The notes under the pieces: model-generated | What the model was told of the DNA's origin: nothing | The model's database searches: none | The model's input: only the letters and a program-made list of their open reading frames with translations | Made by a program: the position numbers and the translations under genes | Assembly: GCA_951406725.2 (NCBI GenBank) | Contig: OX597816.1 | Span: 59,520,001 to 59,584,000 of the forward strand | Reading direction: 5' to 3' | Length of the DNA stretch: 64,000 nucleotides | Origin: Octopus vulgaris | Lineage: Eukaryota | In this document: piece by piece, positions 1-14,179 of the stretch | How the letters are laid out: each line of letters starts with the position of its first letter | Numbering within the stretch: position 1 is the first letter of the stretch

Positions 1-113
1 CTGCGCCTTTTAGGTTTTCGGCAACAACCCTGCAGACAATTTCATTCATGCCAGATAATTCTTGAAGTATTGTATGTGTGTGTCTGTGTGATTTACATGT
101 ACATTTTAGGATG

Positions 114-150
<37 letters not shown>

Positions 151-193
151 ACGCACATACATACATACATACATACATACATACATACATACA

Positions 194-281
<88 letters not shown>

Positions 282-616
282 CCACGTACCATCTGGAAGG
301 CGCTACTGCTCAGGCAAAAGTTGATTTTAAAAAGTCAACGATTTTCTATACATTATGAAAAACAAATAAAACCCAGTTTAAAGTATGAAATTCAGAGTAC
401 GATTAACATGGCTATTTTTACCTAAAACAATGCTGTATTCAGATTTCCCTCACTTTACACGGTTCATTCTTTCCTGGAGTCATTGCATAAATCGAAAGCC
501 GTGTAAAGGAAGGTAGATAATTTTCTAAATAGTGTTATTAAAAAATATGAACACAAACTAAATTTAAAGAATTATTTGTTAAAAAAAAATATATAGTACC
601 AAAGTCAAGCGTATAC

Positions 617-715
<99 letters not shown>

Positions 716-796
716 CATGCATGCATACATACATACGTATACATGTACCAAGAACTTTCTCTTTATTATTCTACTATATATGAATATATATATACA

Positions 797-830
<34 letters not shown>

Positions 831-843
831 TTCATACATATAC

Positions 844-963
844 AGAAGAAGAAGAAGAAGAAGAAGAAGAAGAAGAAGAAGAAGAAGAAGAAGAAGAAGA
901 AGAAGAAGAAGAAGAAGAAGAAGAAGAAGAAGAAGAAGAAGAAGAAGAAGAAGAAGAAGAAGA
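844..963. repeat. (GAA)n trinucleotide tract
   Basis: About 40 uninterrupted GAA units. Confidence 0.95.
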
Positions 964-1213
964 AAATGGAGATTGGGAAGTTAATTGTTAATTATGAAAA
1001 GCAAATTAACTATCTTCACTTCAGTAAATATTAAGTGAAGATTAAATTTATATTTATATGACCTGAGCTTAATATCTTCAGAATATAAACTATATGTTTA
1101 TATATATATACACCCAATATTGTAAGGAAAATAATTCCTCCCAAATACTTGGTGTTGAACCAGTATTTCTTTGGATGAAACCATCCCTTCATGAGCTTAA
1201 CACAACCTCTAAT

Positions 1214-1262
<49 letters not shown>

Positions 1263-1483
1263 TTTAAACCCACCATTCTTTTGACCTGCACTCTCTCACC
1301 TTACTATTCTTATGCCTCCCTCCTCCTATTTCGTTTGAACCCTTGAACCTTTAGAACCTTCTAGATTCTTCTACATCCAGCCACTCTGACGTCACTCCTT
1401 ATAAAGAGACACTCATTATCGCCATGGGCTCCTTGAGAGCGGTCAGCTAAAAGTTTTTGTGCATTTTGATGTCGACATAAGTT

Positions 1484-1577
1484 CCTTGATTTTCCTGATG
1501 AGAAATCTGCATAATGTACTCCTTATTCCTTCGGAATTAGGAATATGCACCTTCGAAACATATGTCGAGAATAAAGG
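1484..1577 (+). ncRNA. Type I hammerhead ribozyme (PLE-type)
   Basis: Stem I ccttgattttc/gagaataaagg; CTGATGA 1495-1501; stem II GAA..TGCATA/TATGCA..TTC; GAAAC-ATAT-GTC with predicted cleavage after C1566. Confidence 0.75.
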
Positions 1578-1624
1578 ATATTTGTTAACTAGTCGTTCAA
1601 CTCCATTCTTTCATATACTTATAA

Positions 1625-1663
<39 letters not shown>

Positions 1664-1792
1664 CGGAGATGTACTCGCATAGCAAGTAATTTGATCTGAG
1701 ATCGTGTGCTGAAACGAAAACAATTGCAGCGTGGAAGGTGTTTATAAGCCATTTAAGAAACACACAAAAGCCGTTCGATTCACTTCAACATT

Positions 1793-1853
<61 letters not shown>

Positions 1854-1859
1854 TTATAT

Positions 1860-1902
<43 letters not shown>

Positions 1903-1982
1903 TATACATACATATATATGTACATATATATATATTATGCATACATATTCATATACATACATATTTATATATATATACATAT

Positions 1983-2047
<65 letters not shown>

Positions 2048-2049
2048 CA

Positions 2050-3499
2050 TTTATATTTATAAAACTCAAAATGTGTGTGTTTGTGTGTGTGTGTATACTT
2101 TTTTAGCGTTTCCACATTTTTCATCCGATTTTGAGGAAATTTGTTTTATTAAATGGCAAATTTACACAGGCAGGTCACTGCTGCATTACCGATACCTAGA
2201 GATACCCCCTTCTAAAACTGAAGGGACATCCCCCACTTCTTGCAAAAAAAAAGTTGCACGCGAGAAAAGTGTTTTACAGGAACGTCCCGTTTTTATTATT
2301 TAGGTGTGAAAAGGACCGTCATGCTGCGATATTTCAAACAAATATTTTGGCACTGCTTTGGGGCCTCTGATTGCCAAGAAAATTGCCAAAAACTTTGATT
2401 TTTCGCATTTTTGTAAAGTTACACGGTAGAAATCTTTTTAGTGGAAAGTCCGATTTCTTTGGTTTTTACAGCAAAACAAAAAAAAAACACTATGTAATGG
2501 AGGTTCTATCAAGTATCTGTTCTATGTCCAAAGACATCCCTGTACGACAAGAAACCGCGAAAAACTGAAAAAAATCGATTTTATACGCTTTTTCCCCCTT
2601 AAGTCTTCAAAAACTTCTCCCTGCTTCGGTGGATTGCGTTTAAACTTTACACACTATTTACTCACCCAAAGGAAAACGTTAGGAGACTCCAGTTTGCACA
2701 GAATTCATCCGCGTATGACCAACAATTGCGAAAAACTGAGTAGAAACCCGGTTTTGTACCCTAAAATTCCTCATTTTTGACCGAATCCGTCCAAATTTCA
2801 CATGAACAGTACGGATGACTCAACAATGGTTTAAAACTATTTTTGGTTAATATTCTTTATTTAACTTGCGACAGATCTACGAATTACTGTGAAACATCAC
2901 CTTTTCGCATTTTATGCAGAGTTACACCCAAGAAAGTTGTTTCAAGGAACGCCCGATTTTTTTTTTTTTTTTTTTTGCTTTTTGTTGCAAAAGTATGTTG
3001 TGTCATTTCTGGAAAGTATTTGTTCTTTGTCCCTGTGCACCCGGGTTCTACATGAAACTGCAAAACATGGACACTCCTCCCGCTCCAACAGCTTCACATT
3101 TTGCAGAGGTCTAGGTCAGCCTTCCACTCTCACTTACACCTCGCGCGCGAAAATGACAAATGATACTTAGTTCACGTCGTTTACACCAATCCACCCATAT
3201 TTAGACAATATCCTTTCAACACCAATCTAATACGATAAAATGCCTGTGATAGCAAGACATTGTGTGATTTGTAAACGTTTCCTTCCACCACCATTACCCG
3301 AATTTCGAGCACTTCCTTCGGCGTTTGGTTATTTAACGAATAAATGCCACTTGGGGAAAATCACTTCTTCCTCAATGTCAATGTTTGCAACTTAGCGCAA
3401 AAAATATTCAAAGAGACGTACAACGAAAAAAAAATGGTAGAACCTATTAAGACCATTGCTGAGTGTTTAATACGCGAGCAACACCAGGTACTCCTCTAG
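2050..3499 (+). mobile_element. Non-autonomous Helitron-like element
   Basis: 5' end with (GT)-rich subterminal tract; internal diverged repeats; 3' end cgcgagcaacaccaggtactcctCTAG resembles the Helitron terminal hairpin + CTAG. Confidence 0.5.
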
Positions 3500-3529
3500 C
3501 ACATGTGTGTGTGTGTGTGTGTGTATGGT

Positions 3530-4360
3530 CCATCGCCGGGTATATGTGAGTGTCTGAGTTTCTTATCGGGCAGGTACTGCATGAAAACATTCGGTATTGC
3601 TCATACAAGATAAGAAAGGGCCAATTTTTATCCCAAGCCATCAAGGACATGAGGAAAGACCGTGCTACGAAGCTTTTGAACAAAGTCACGCATCCCCTCC
3701 AACCGAACATGCTTTGGTTGGTTTTTCTCAGACAAGAAAAATTTCTGCCAGGATCAGATGGTGAACACACAAAACAAACGTTGTTAGCTTGCGGCGTTCC
3801 CTAAAACAAACATCCAGTGATCACTAACGATGGCGACGTTATGCTTCTATTCATCTTCTCACACGGCCTCAGACTCAACACGGCGGCCTCTAGGAGGTAG
3901 TACTGCCCTGGGTCAAGAGGGTGGCTGCTGGAAGACCCTATGTTTGGCAACAGAAATCTGCACCATGCCACACAAGCAGGGCAAACCAGTCATGTCTGTC
4001 AGACATTTTCTGCGACCACATCACCTCTAACATCTGGCCACCTAACTCACCAGACAGCAAACCTCTTGATTATTATGTGTGGAGCGCAGTTAAACGAGAG
4101 ACCAATAAAACTCCTTGTAACAACGAAGATGAACTGAAGGCAAGGATTATGGCAGCATTCACCAACTTAAACAAGGAGATCGTCCAGAAGAGCTGCAGGA
4201 GATTCCGAAGTCATCTGGCGATTTTATTGAATAAATTTACTCTTTAGTAATTCAAGATAGTTTTATGTAATTTTGGTATATATAACTTGCTAAAATGAAA
4301 TATTAGTGTTATTTTCATATTTGCGTAGTTTAGACGACAATTTCTTCACCATACCGTGTA
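3530..4360 (+). mobile_element. Degraded Tc1/mariner (maT/DD37D-like) transposase and right end
   Basis: QQKSAPCH...WPPNSPDSKPLDYYVW...ELKARI...CRRFR motif; frameshifts; terminal ...caccataccgtgTA. Confidence 0.8.
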
Positions 4361-4880
4361 TGTATGTGTATTGGTATTGTATTGGCATCCTTTCTGTCTC
4401 GGGAGACTATGGAGTTGCGAATGAAGTAGCCTAGTCCGGCTTTTATATTTCATGGCCTGATACATTTCCTGCTGTGGCTGTGTAGTCCTATCCTGGACAA
4501 ACACTCCCTCTGGCAGGTACCGCAAATGTAGCGAAGACTGTTCCTGGCTGGTTGTAGTGCCATAGTCTCTTGTTTTCGTCTCTTCCTTTCTTTCCATTTC
4601 TCCTCTCTCTCTCTGTCACTCCTTTGTATTCCCTCTTTTACGGTACGTCGCCATTCTTCACGGTTGCCGGCAACAGCCTCCCAACCGCTAATATTGATGT
4701 TGCAGGCCTTCGTGTCCCTTTTGCAAACATCCTTGTAACGTAAGATCGGTCTACCCACAGACCTAGTACCCCTAGCAAGCTCTCCGTAGAGTATGTCCTT
4801 GGGGATTCTGCCATCTTTCATACGGCTAACATGCCCAAGCCATCCCATACGTCTTTGTGTGAGGAGTGCATGTATGTTTG
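4361..4880 (-). mobile_element. 3' fragment of RTE/BovB-like LINE
   Basis: QRRMGWLGHVSRMKDGRIPKDILYGEL...GRPILRYKD and C-terminal CxxC...SRIGLHSH; short 3'UTR and simple-repeat tail. Confidence 0.85.
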
Positions 4881-5243
4881 TGTATATATATATATATAGC
4901 ATAATATAATATAAAATAATGTAATATAATATAATATAATATAATATAATATAATATAAATATATGCATATATACATATATATATGTTCATACCTACGGA
5001 GAATATTCTTTACGTTGCATGTCTCGTTTCGCTGTGTGTTTTTTTCGTTGTTCGAAAAAAAAGTTCGTTTTAATGTTTTCGTTTCTCATTGTTCAACGAT
5101 TTTTTTGGTGTCCTATACCCATATATGCATGTATATATACATATATATGTAGGTATGTACATATATGTATGTATATATGCATATATTTATATATTATTTA
5201 TATTATTATATGATCGAACGCCACACATCCATTTCCAAGTACG

Positions 5244-5280
<37 letters not shown>

Positions 5281-5454
5281 GATAGTGACGAACGGGGAGA
5301 ATAACTATTCACCAGCACAATGATGGATAAATATGTTCTTTATCGGTGGATTTCGTCTTATAACCTTATGTTTCATGCATAAGAATTCGCAATTTTCAAA
5401 TGATGGTGAAACTATCTCCATTTTGAATTGATTTAAACCAATATTTTAATGTGA

Positions 5455-5562
5455 GGTGGCGGCGGCGGCGGCGGCGGCAGCTGATGCGGCGGAGACGGCA
5501 GCGGTGCTTGAAAAAACATGCTCGTTGTTATTATAGTGATAGCGAACTGAGATGATGATGAT

Positions 5563-5593
<31 letters not shown>

Positions 5594-5848
5594 AGGGGAA
5601 GAGGAGGAGGAGGGGAGGGAAGGGGGATGGAATGATGCAGATGATTGTGATGATGGTGGTGGGGGTGGGGGTGATGCTGATTAAGATGATGATGGTGGTG
5701 GTGATGATGGCAATGATGATGGCAATGATGATGATAATGGTAATAACGATGATGACAACGACGACGACATCAATGATGATGATGATCATCATCATGACAA
5801 TGATAACGATGATGATGATCATCGTGACGACGACGATGACGAGGTAAC

Positions 5849-5882
<34 letters not shown>

Positions 5883-5955
5883 AATTATTATGATGACGAT
5901 GATGATGATGGAGCAGGATTGGGATCGCCGGTTAAGTGGTGGTGGTGCTGGTGAT
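5455..5955. repeat. Mixed trinucleotide low-complexity tract (GGC/GAG/GAT/GGT)
   Basis: Direct reading; stops interrupt the plausible acidic frame. Confidence 0.85.
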
Positions 5956-6475
5956 AGTTGCGGGTTCTTTCCCAACACCACTCCCCACCCCATCTCCACC
6001 GCAGTCGACATCGATGTTGCGTACAAAACCAAGAATCAACAACACTCTACAATCGCATTTAACGAACTCCCTCTTCCCGCGCTATAGGTGTCATGTGATC
6101 CCCCTTCCCACCGTCATACCCCGTTTCCCTCTCTCTTTCTCTCTCTTTCTCTCTCTGCGCAATGCGTCTCCCTAAATCAAAAGACGCTGCCAAAAATCGA
6201 CAGCACCAACACCCACCACCACCACCACCATTCTCTTCTTCCATTTCAAAACTTTCTATAACAAACCTTCCTTTTCTTATTCCTTATTCTTTGCCTTGTC
6301 TCATCCCCAATTTTCTCTAACCTCCATCACCTCTTTTTTGTCTTTTCTAACCCCTTTTTTTCCCCAGCACAGTCAATAATCAATTCAAATCCCTCTTTTA
6401 ACTATTCTTTTTTCTATAATTATACATTCATACAAACCTCTACACTTTACCACTTTACTTTCTTTCTCTCAACCT

Positions 6476-6560
<85 letters not shown>

Positions 6561-6788
6561 CTCCTACATAATCTATCTATCTATTTAACCAGCTTTCTCA
6601 ATTACAATTATTGATTGTCAACATTAACTGTATTTAATTTCGTTTCAGTTTTAAATGACTTTTTTTGTGTTTGTAACAGCAAACTAAAGAAATCTTTAGA
6701 ATTCCTTACTTATTTATTTTATAATTTATTTATTTATATTTTTTCTTGTTTTTTTTTATCATATATTTCCTGAGTGTACAATATTGTT

Positions 6789-6835
<47 letters not shown>

Positions 6836-6874
6836 TTTCAATTCCTCTTATCAAGGCGCTTTTTTTCCCCGCAG

Positions 6875-6902
6875 CTCATCTCTGACGGAGCTGCAGTTCT
6901 GA
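6875..6902 (+). CDS. Candidate terminal coding exon (..SSLTELQF*) of an unidentified gene
   Basis: Strong acceptor ttttttccccgcAG, unique GC-richer sequence, short frame ending TGA, AATAAA at 7061-7066. No upstream exon identified. Confidence 0.3.
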
Positions 6903-7102
6903 GGAAAAAAAGATCAAAATCGGACGCCTTCCTTCTGGAATATCTTCAGGCGTTCACCGCTCTCTACAAGTCGGCCAGTGTTTCACCGTGGAAGTTCTAC
7001 GTCAGCAATATACAGAAATCAAGAAATCCCTTTTTTTTTTGGCATTCCTTGCATTTTGCAAATAAAGCCACATACATACTTATCAGTTTATGCATATTCG
7101 TT

Positions 7103-7830
7103 TCTACTCTAGGCACAAAGTCCGATATTTTGGGGAAGGAGGCCAGACGATCTGATCGACCCCAGTATGCTACTGGTACTTAATTTATCGACCCCGAAAG
7201 GATGAAAGGCAAAGTCGACCTCGGCGGAATTTGAACTCAGAACGTAGCGGCAGACGAAATACCTATTTCTTTACTACCCACAAGGGGCTAAACACAGAGA
7301 GGACAAACAAGGACAGACAAACGGATTAAGTCGATTACATCGACCCCAGTGCTTAAATGGTACTTAATTTATCGACCCCGAAAGGATGAAAGGCAAAGTC
7401 GACCTCGGCGGAATTTGAACTCAGAACTTAAAGACAGACGAAATACCTATTTCTTTACTGCACACAAGGGGCTACACAGAGAGGGGACAAACAAGGACAG
7501 ACAAACGGATTAAGTCGATTATATCGACTCCAGTGCGTAACTGGTACTTAATTTATCGACCCCGAAAGGCTGAAAGGCAAAGTCGACTTCGGCGAAATTT
7601 GAACTCAAAACGTAGCGGCAGACGAAATACCTATTTCTTTACTACCCACAGAGAGGACAAACGGATTAAGTCGATTACATCGACCCCAGTGCTTAACTGG
7701 TACTTAATTTATCGACCCCGAAAGAATGAAAGTCGACCTCGGCGGAATTTGAACTCAAAACGTAACGGCAGACGAAATACGGCTACGCATTTCGCCCGGC
7801 GTGCTAACATTTCTGCCAGCTCGCCGCCTT
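7103..7830 (-). mobile_element. tRNA-derived SINE family A, internally concatemeric copy
   Basis: Head GGCGGCGAGCTGGCAGAA (A box) ...GAGTTCAAATTC (B box), central GCCTTTCATCCTTTCGGGGTCGATAAA domain (Deu/Nin-like); body repeated about 4 times. Other copies: 9060-9258, 10838-11140, 18485-18611, 20368-20580, 21168-21400, 23431-24082, 35890-36102, 43140-43352, 52335-52565, 57786-58197, 62206-62355. Confidence 0.85.
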
Positions 7831-8111
7831 AGATTATATGCATATTAGTGTACAGAATTATATTCCGATGCACAGTATTGCTTCTTTTTAAAACAACCAT
7901 AAATTAGTCACTCTTCCCACCACCGCCTCTACCGCCCCAGTTATTGCATGCTATGCATTATTTCACTATAATCAGATTTTTATTTTTTTTATCTGATGAC
8001 TAACGAGTTCCACCTTGTAAACACACTTATCAGCCACAAATATTGCGCAACAGCTTTACATCATACATTTCCATTTCCACTGCCCAAATTTTGCGTTTTC
8101 GAGAAGGTTGC

Positions 8112-8322
8112 TTAACTCTCAGCATTCACATTACTGTCAAATGCAATACATATTTATTCAAATTTTTTTGAATCAATCATGCATCATCTCAAAGCTTTGA
8201 GGTTTTGATGATATGATTATTTAATTTCGGAATGACATTTTAGTGCATGTGTAGCCGGTTTGAACATAAAGCGGGTAGAATATTTGCGCCAGATATGTCC
8301 AGTTTGAATGCTGAAGGGTGAA
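8112..8322. mobile_element. piggyBac-like MITE (TTAA-type ends)
   Basis: ttaactctcagcattc ... gaatgctgaagggtgaa imperfect terminal inverted repeats. Confidence 0.5.
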
Positions 8323-9854
8323 ACTCTTCCTTTGAAATACTGACTTTCGAAAAACTCTGCAATCTGCACAATCGTTTAATTGTTTCTCCATTGGTTCTGT
8401 TCAGAGTCGCTTCTTTTCTGACTTCAATTATTTAAAATATTTTCAAGGGGCTCTTTAAAGTCCTTAAGGGTTGGTTTGTGTTGAGTGTGCTTTCTACATA
8501 GAAACTTATCATACAGCGTCTACATGGAGATCCTTCGATTGTTCATTTAAACAGTATGGCCAACCTACGTAAACGGTGTCAGTGTGTCACTGGTTCAATA
8601 CACAAACCTCGGTTAACCTTCTAAACCCCTGTCTGGAGTTCATGGGGACCAGTTGACGTTCAGAATATGTCTTAATCATTTCTACAGAAATCGTTCACGA
8701 ACCTTTATATAGGCGCAGGTGAAGCTGTGTGGCGAAAACGCTTGCCTCCCAACCATATGGTTCCGGATACAGTCCTATTGCGGGGCACCCACCTTGGACA
8801 AGTGTTTTCTACTATAGCATCGACCGACCAAAGCCTTGTGAGTGGATTTGGAAGCAGAAATTAAAATGTGTGTGTGTGTGTGTGTGTTTGTATCTGTGTT
8901 TGTCCTCCGCCACCGCTTGACAATAGGTGTTAGTGTGTTTACGTGTTGGTGGTTCGGTAAAAGAGACTGATAGAATATGCGCCAGATTTTAAAGAAAAAA
9001 CAAGTGCTGGGGTCGATTTATTCGATAGAAATTCTTCAAGACGGTGCCTCAGCATTGGCTTCAAACTTTTGCATAAGGTCAGCAACTTCAGAGAAGATGC
9101 ACCGACCTCAGTATTTCACTGGTATTTATTTTATTGATCTTGCAGGGATGAAAAGCAAAGTTAACCTCGTTGGGATTTGAACTCAGAACATAAAACTGTA
9201 AGAAATTTTGCTAAGCATCTTGTTCTGGGCGCGAACGTTTCTGCCAGCTTGTCGCCTTTACAGAATGGTCTTTGCACAAAGGTTCTTTACAAGAACCTTT
9301 ATATAATTCTTGTAAAGGATCCAAGTCTCACCCGAGTAAAGGGCAGTCAATATACAGACACGATAGAAAGCAACAATTTTTGTCATTTTCGTAATATTAT
9401 GACGGGACGTTGGAACCAAGTATTAGAATCAAAACTTCTGTAGGAATCAGTTATTTTATGAAGGTTTGGAGATATTTGACCATCCAGGAATCAAGACGGG
9501 CTGAATGTGCTAACCAGAGAGACAAACCTGTCGGCTACTTTCACTTCAATTCCTTCAACTAAGACACGTGGTTTCATTATTGGTTTCTTGCAGCAGATTG
9601 GAACATAACGGTAAGATCCGGGCAGGTTCTGGGGCTGAATGCTTTATAAGATGCAGAAAAACGATATTTTTTTATCTTTTATTTTTCACTTGAAGAATTT
9701 TAGTCGAACGAATCGACCCCAGGACTTAATTTTTTTAAAGCTTGGTACTTAACCTATCGGACGCTTTAGCAGAACTGCTAAGTTACGGGAACGTAAACTC
9801 ACCAACACCGGTTGTCAAATGGTGGTGGGAGACAAATGCAGACACAAAGAGACA

Positions 9855-9893
<39 letters not shown>

Positions 9894-9912
9894 ATTTTAT
9901 CGCAATTTGACT

Positions 9913-9965
<53 letters not shown>

Positions 9966-10139
9966 CAAATAAGAAAACGGAGAAACAAATTCAGTTTGTT
10001 CATCAACTCAAGGATATTATAATGTTATATTACTTATTCATTTTACAAATGAGAACATCAAAAGCATACAAAATATTCAACAGTATATTGGATAAATGAT
10101 ATCCCATAGTGGGTTATATCCATAACCCCTATCTTACTT

Positions 10140-10176
<37 letters not shown>

Positions 10177-10539
10177 GACGGGCTTCCTTCAGTTTTCTGT
10201 CTACGAAAATCAACTCACAAGGCTTTGGTCAGCTCGAGGTTATAGTAGAAGACACTTTCCCAAGGTGCCACGCAGTGGGACTGAACCCAAAGCCATGTGG
10301 TTGGGAAGCAAACTTCTTACCACACAACCACTCCTGCGCCCATCCATTTGGATTTGTAAATCTGTAACATGTCATCTGTATAAAGGTAACCCGAATGAAA
10401 GAATTCCACACTCTACAGCTAAATGGAAGAGACGATCAGACAATATCATAACTGAGGGCATGAGGGTGGGCAGAGAGGGTGGCCCATGTGACTCCTTAAT
10501 GGGGGCGGCACTTCTAAGTCTGCGTTATAATCCTTATAG

Positions 10540-10721
10540 CTGTGGTTCTCAACCTTTTTAATATCCGGGTCAAATCCAAAACTTGATTTTTTTTTAGGGA
10601 GCTGCACCATAAAAAGGAAAACACAAGTCAAAGAGAACTTTATTATATCATAGAAGGAATACTATCGGAAGGATGGATGGGGGCTACATACGGCCCTGGG
10701 AGCTGCGATTGAGAACCACTG
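10540..10721. mobile_element. hAT-type MITE
   Basis: TIRs c(t)gtggttctcaa ... ttgagaaccactg. Confidence 0.65.
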
Positions 10722-11671
10722 CTATAGACTTGGAGGCAGCAAGTTCAAGAGCTACCCCGAGTGGCCCACACTCTAGGAACGCCATTGTGATCAGAAGATC
10801 GATTACTCAAAATCATGCAAGAAATGCAACCATTCTTTTCTACTCTAGACACAATTTATTGACCCCGAAAGGATGAAAGGTAAAGGCGGAATTTGAATTC
10901 GACGGAATTTGAACTCAGAACGTAAAGACAGACGAAATACTGCTAAGCATTTCGCTCAGCGTGCTAATGATTCTTACTTCTTTATTGCCAACAAGGGGCT
11001 AAACATAGCGGGGACAAACAAGGACAGACAAAGGGTTTAAGTCGACTTCGGTGGAATTTGAACTCAGAACGCAACGGCAGACGAAATACCGCTAAAACAT
11101 TTCACCTGGCGTGCTAACGATTCTGCCTGCTCGCCGCCTTAAAGAAATGCAACCATTGCTTAAAAATATGAAGGTGAGTGACAGTAAGATTACCAAGAAA
11201 AGAGAGCTGGGGCGAGGATATCGCCGTTTGGTGCCTCTTTCTACTGGAATGTGTCCTGCTTAATGTCTGCAGATATTGGTTCATTCTTTAATTTTTATCA
11301 TGGGAACAGATTTTTGCGTATGTCAATGTCTATAAGTATGTGTGTAAGCATGTGAAGTTCTATACTTGTGTGAGTGTGTATATAAATCTGTATGCGTGTG
11401 CGCGCGAGAGAGAACGTGTCTGCGCGTGCGCGTGTTCATGCCTGTATGTATATAAGAGTGTGTGCGTGAAGGTATGTGTGTGCGTATAACAGATTGTCTA
11501 TATGTGTGTGTGTGTGCATATGTATGTCTTTATATGTGTGAGTGAATGTATGAAGTGTTTATGTAAATGTCTATAGACACACATATACATACACACACTC
11601 ATACACGCACACACATACATATGCATACGTACATCCATTCATACATATATATGGTATGTGTGCGTGCGTGC

Positions 11672-11709
<38 letters not shown>

Positions 11710-11964
11710 GTCGACTTAATGAAATAAAAAAAAGGTGAAAATGAAGAGAATCAAAAACAATCTGGAAGCGGGCGGGAAGGGGTGTAGACAAGTATACACA
11801 TCTGATGTAGATATACATATATATACAGTCTTCAGCACTTCTGTATGTTTATAAATTCTTTAAAGCCACACACACTCACATCTTCCAGAGGTGTAAGAAT
11901 GGTAAAGAAATGCGTGCGTACCTGTGTTATAGAGTTATAGAGGCAAAGAGAACGAGTTTATTTG

Positions 11965-12071
<107 letters not shown>

Positions 12072-12349
12072 AACGCAGGCTGGTAGATTATTGTAAGATA
12101 GCAAAAAACAAGACATATAGAAGTCAGGGAGAATAACTTCCAAGGTTAAAATGAGCGTCTGCAACACGATGCCGTTCACCTCCACTTGCACAGGTGTGTG
12201 GATATATAGAGGGTGGGCCATAAGGATGGGGCAGTTATGTAATAAATATATTTGGTACTCTATCTCATTCTTATAATCCAAGATACTAGCCTTTAAAATG
12301 TGTCCCCTCATTAAGGCACACTCTGTGTGTATATATACATATGTGTATG

Positions 12350-12413
<64 letters not shown>

Positions 12414-12470
12414 CATATATATATATACATATATATGCCACTCAGATATACACAGATATATGTATGTATG

Positions 12471-12514
<44 letters not shown>

Positions 12515-12719
12515 CATACATACATACATACATACATACATACATACATACATACATACATACATACATACATGCAAAAATACCCTGTTGTTGATGTTGA
12601 AATTCCAATGAAGGAGCGTTGGATCTAGGTTAGAAACCGGCTCTTTCTCCTTTGGCAAGAAATCTCGAAATAAAACTGAATAATGACATACATACCACTT
12701 AAATGCACACACGCACACA

Positions 12720-12790
<71 letters not shown>

Positions 12791-13059
12791 CTACCTACAC
12801 GCATCACACCGAGCCAATAAAGCCACCCCGTCTCCCAGACAGAACAGCCGAATTGTCTGAAATCACAACTTCTTGTCTTAAAAAGACAATAAGGCCAAGA
12901 TGTAGAAAGAAGAGAAAAACAGAATGTTTGTTGGTAAAATGCCATCGATCATAGATTTATTCCATCAAGATTGAGTTACGAGACAACATTGTGCAAAGTA
13001 CATACATCATGACAGCAACGCAAACCAACATATGCTACATGGACACAGGGGCACACGGA

Positions 13060-13435
13060 CACACGGACACACACACACACCGTTAACAGAGAATGTTTTT
13101 TTAAACCTACTGGCACTCCGTCGGTTAAGACGACGAGTGTCCCAGTTGGTCCCCACATCAACGGAACAGCTCTCTCGGTAACTTAACGTGCAAGTGGTTG
13201 AGCACTCCTCAGACACGCATACCCTTCACATAGTTCCCATAAAGATTCAGCGTGACACACTGAATGTGACAAGGCTAGCCCTTTGAAATACACGTACGAC
13301 TCATTTTTGCCAGGTGAGTGGACTGGAGCAAGGTGAAATAAAGTATCTTGATCAAGGGCACAACGCGCTGCCGGGAATCGAACTCACAACCTTCAGGTCG
13401 TGAGTCGAATAACCTAACCACGAAGCTACACGCTT
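13060..13435 (-). mobile_element. tRNA-derived SINE family C (CORE/MESC-like)
   Basis: tRNA-like head (..GTGGTTAG...GAGTTCGATTCCCGG) followed by CCTTGA.CAAGATACTTTATTTCAC; other copies 21822-22400, 37312-37645, 57440-57710. Confidence 0.7.
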
Positions 13436-13881
13436 TCACAATAGAGTGCTATACACACAAATACATACCACATGGATAAATCTTCAGACTAATGTGCGAA
13501 ATTTAGCAGAATACTAGGTAGAGAAGCTTATCTCCCTTGTTTGCAAAACATAGGGACACAGAACGCTTGTGCCACATGTGTGTGTATATATATACTCTCT
13601 TTTACTCTTCTACTTGCGTCAGTCATTTGACTGTGGCCATTCTGGAGCACCGCCATTCTGGAGCAAATCGATCCCATGACATATTCTTAGTAAGCCTAGG
13701 ACTTATTCAATCGGGCTATTTTGCCTAACCGCTAAGTTACGGGGACGTAAACACACCAGCATCGGTTGTCAAGCGATGGGGACAATCACAGACACAAAGA
13801 TACACACACACACACACATACACATATATATATGTGTGTGTGTGTATATATATATATATATACATACATACATATATACAT

Positions 13882-13939
<58 letters not shown>

Positions 13940-14179
13940 ATATACGACATGCTTCTTTCAGTTTCCTCCCTCCAAATCCATTCAGCCCGAGGTTATAGAA
14001 GAAGACACTTGTCCAAGGTTCCAGGCAATGGGACTGAACCCAGAATCATGTCGTTCGTAAGCAAGCTACTTACCACACAGCCACGCCTGTATATGTATAC
14101 GTGTGTGTGTGTTTGTGTGTGTTTGTGTGTGCTTATGTGTAAATAATATGTAATATGGTGTCTACTGGAATTATGTTCA

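Noticed and set aside
78-2303. Many ORFs of YIYI/THTH/ERER/poly-K/poly-E type here and throughout (e.g. 11958-12784, 36284-36801, 47289-48225, 51010-51789, 54092-54418)
   Set aside because: Translations of stop-free microsatellites; no domain or splice support.
5433-6087. Poly-I, poly-M and acidic ORFs with a donor-like GAG|GTAACT at about 5843
   Set aside because: Trinucleotide low complexity; the D/E frame is broken by stops and frame changes.
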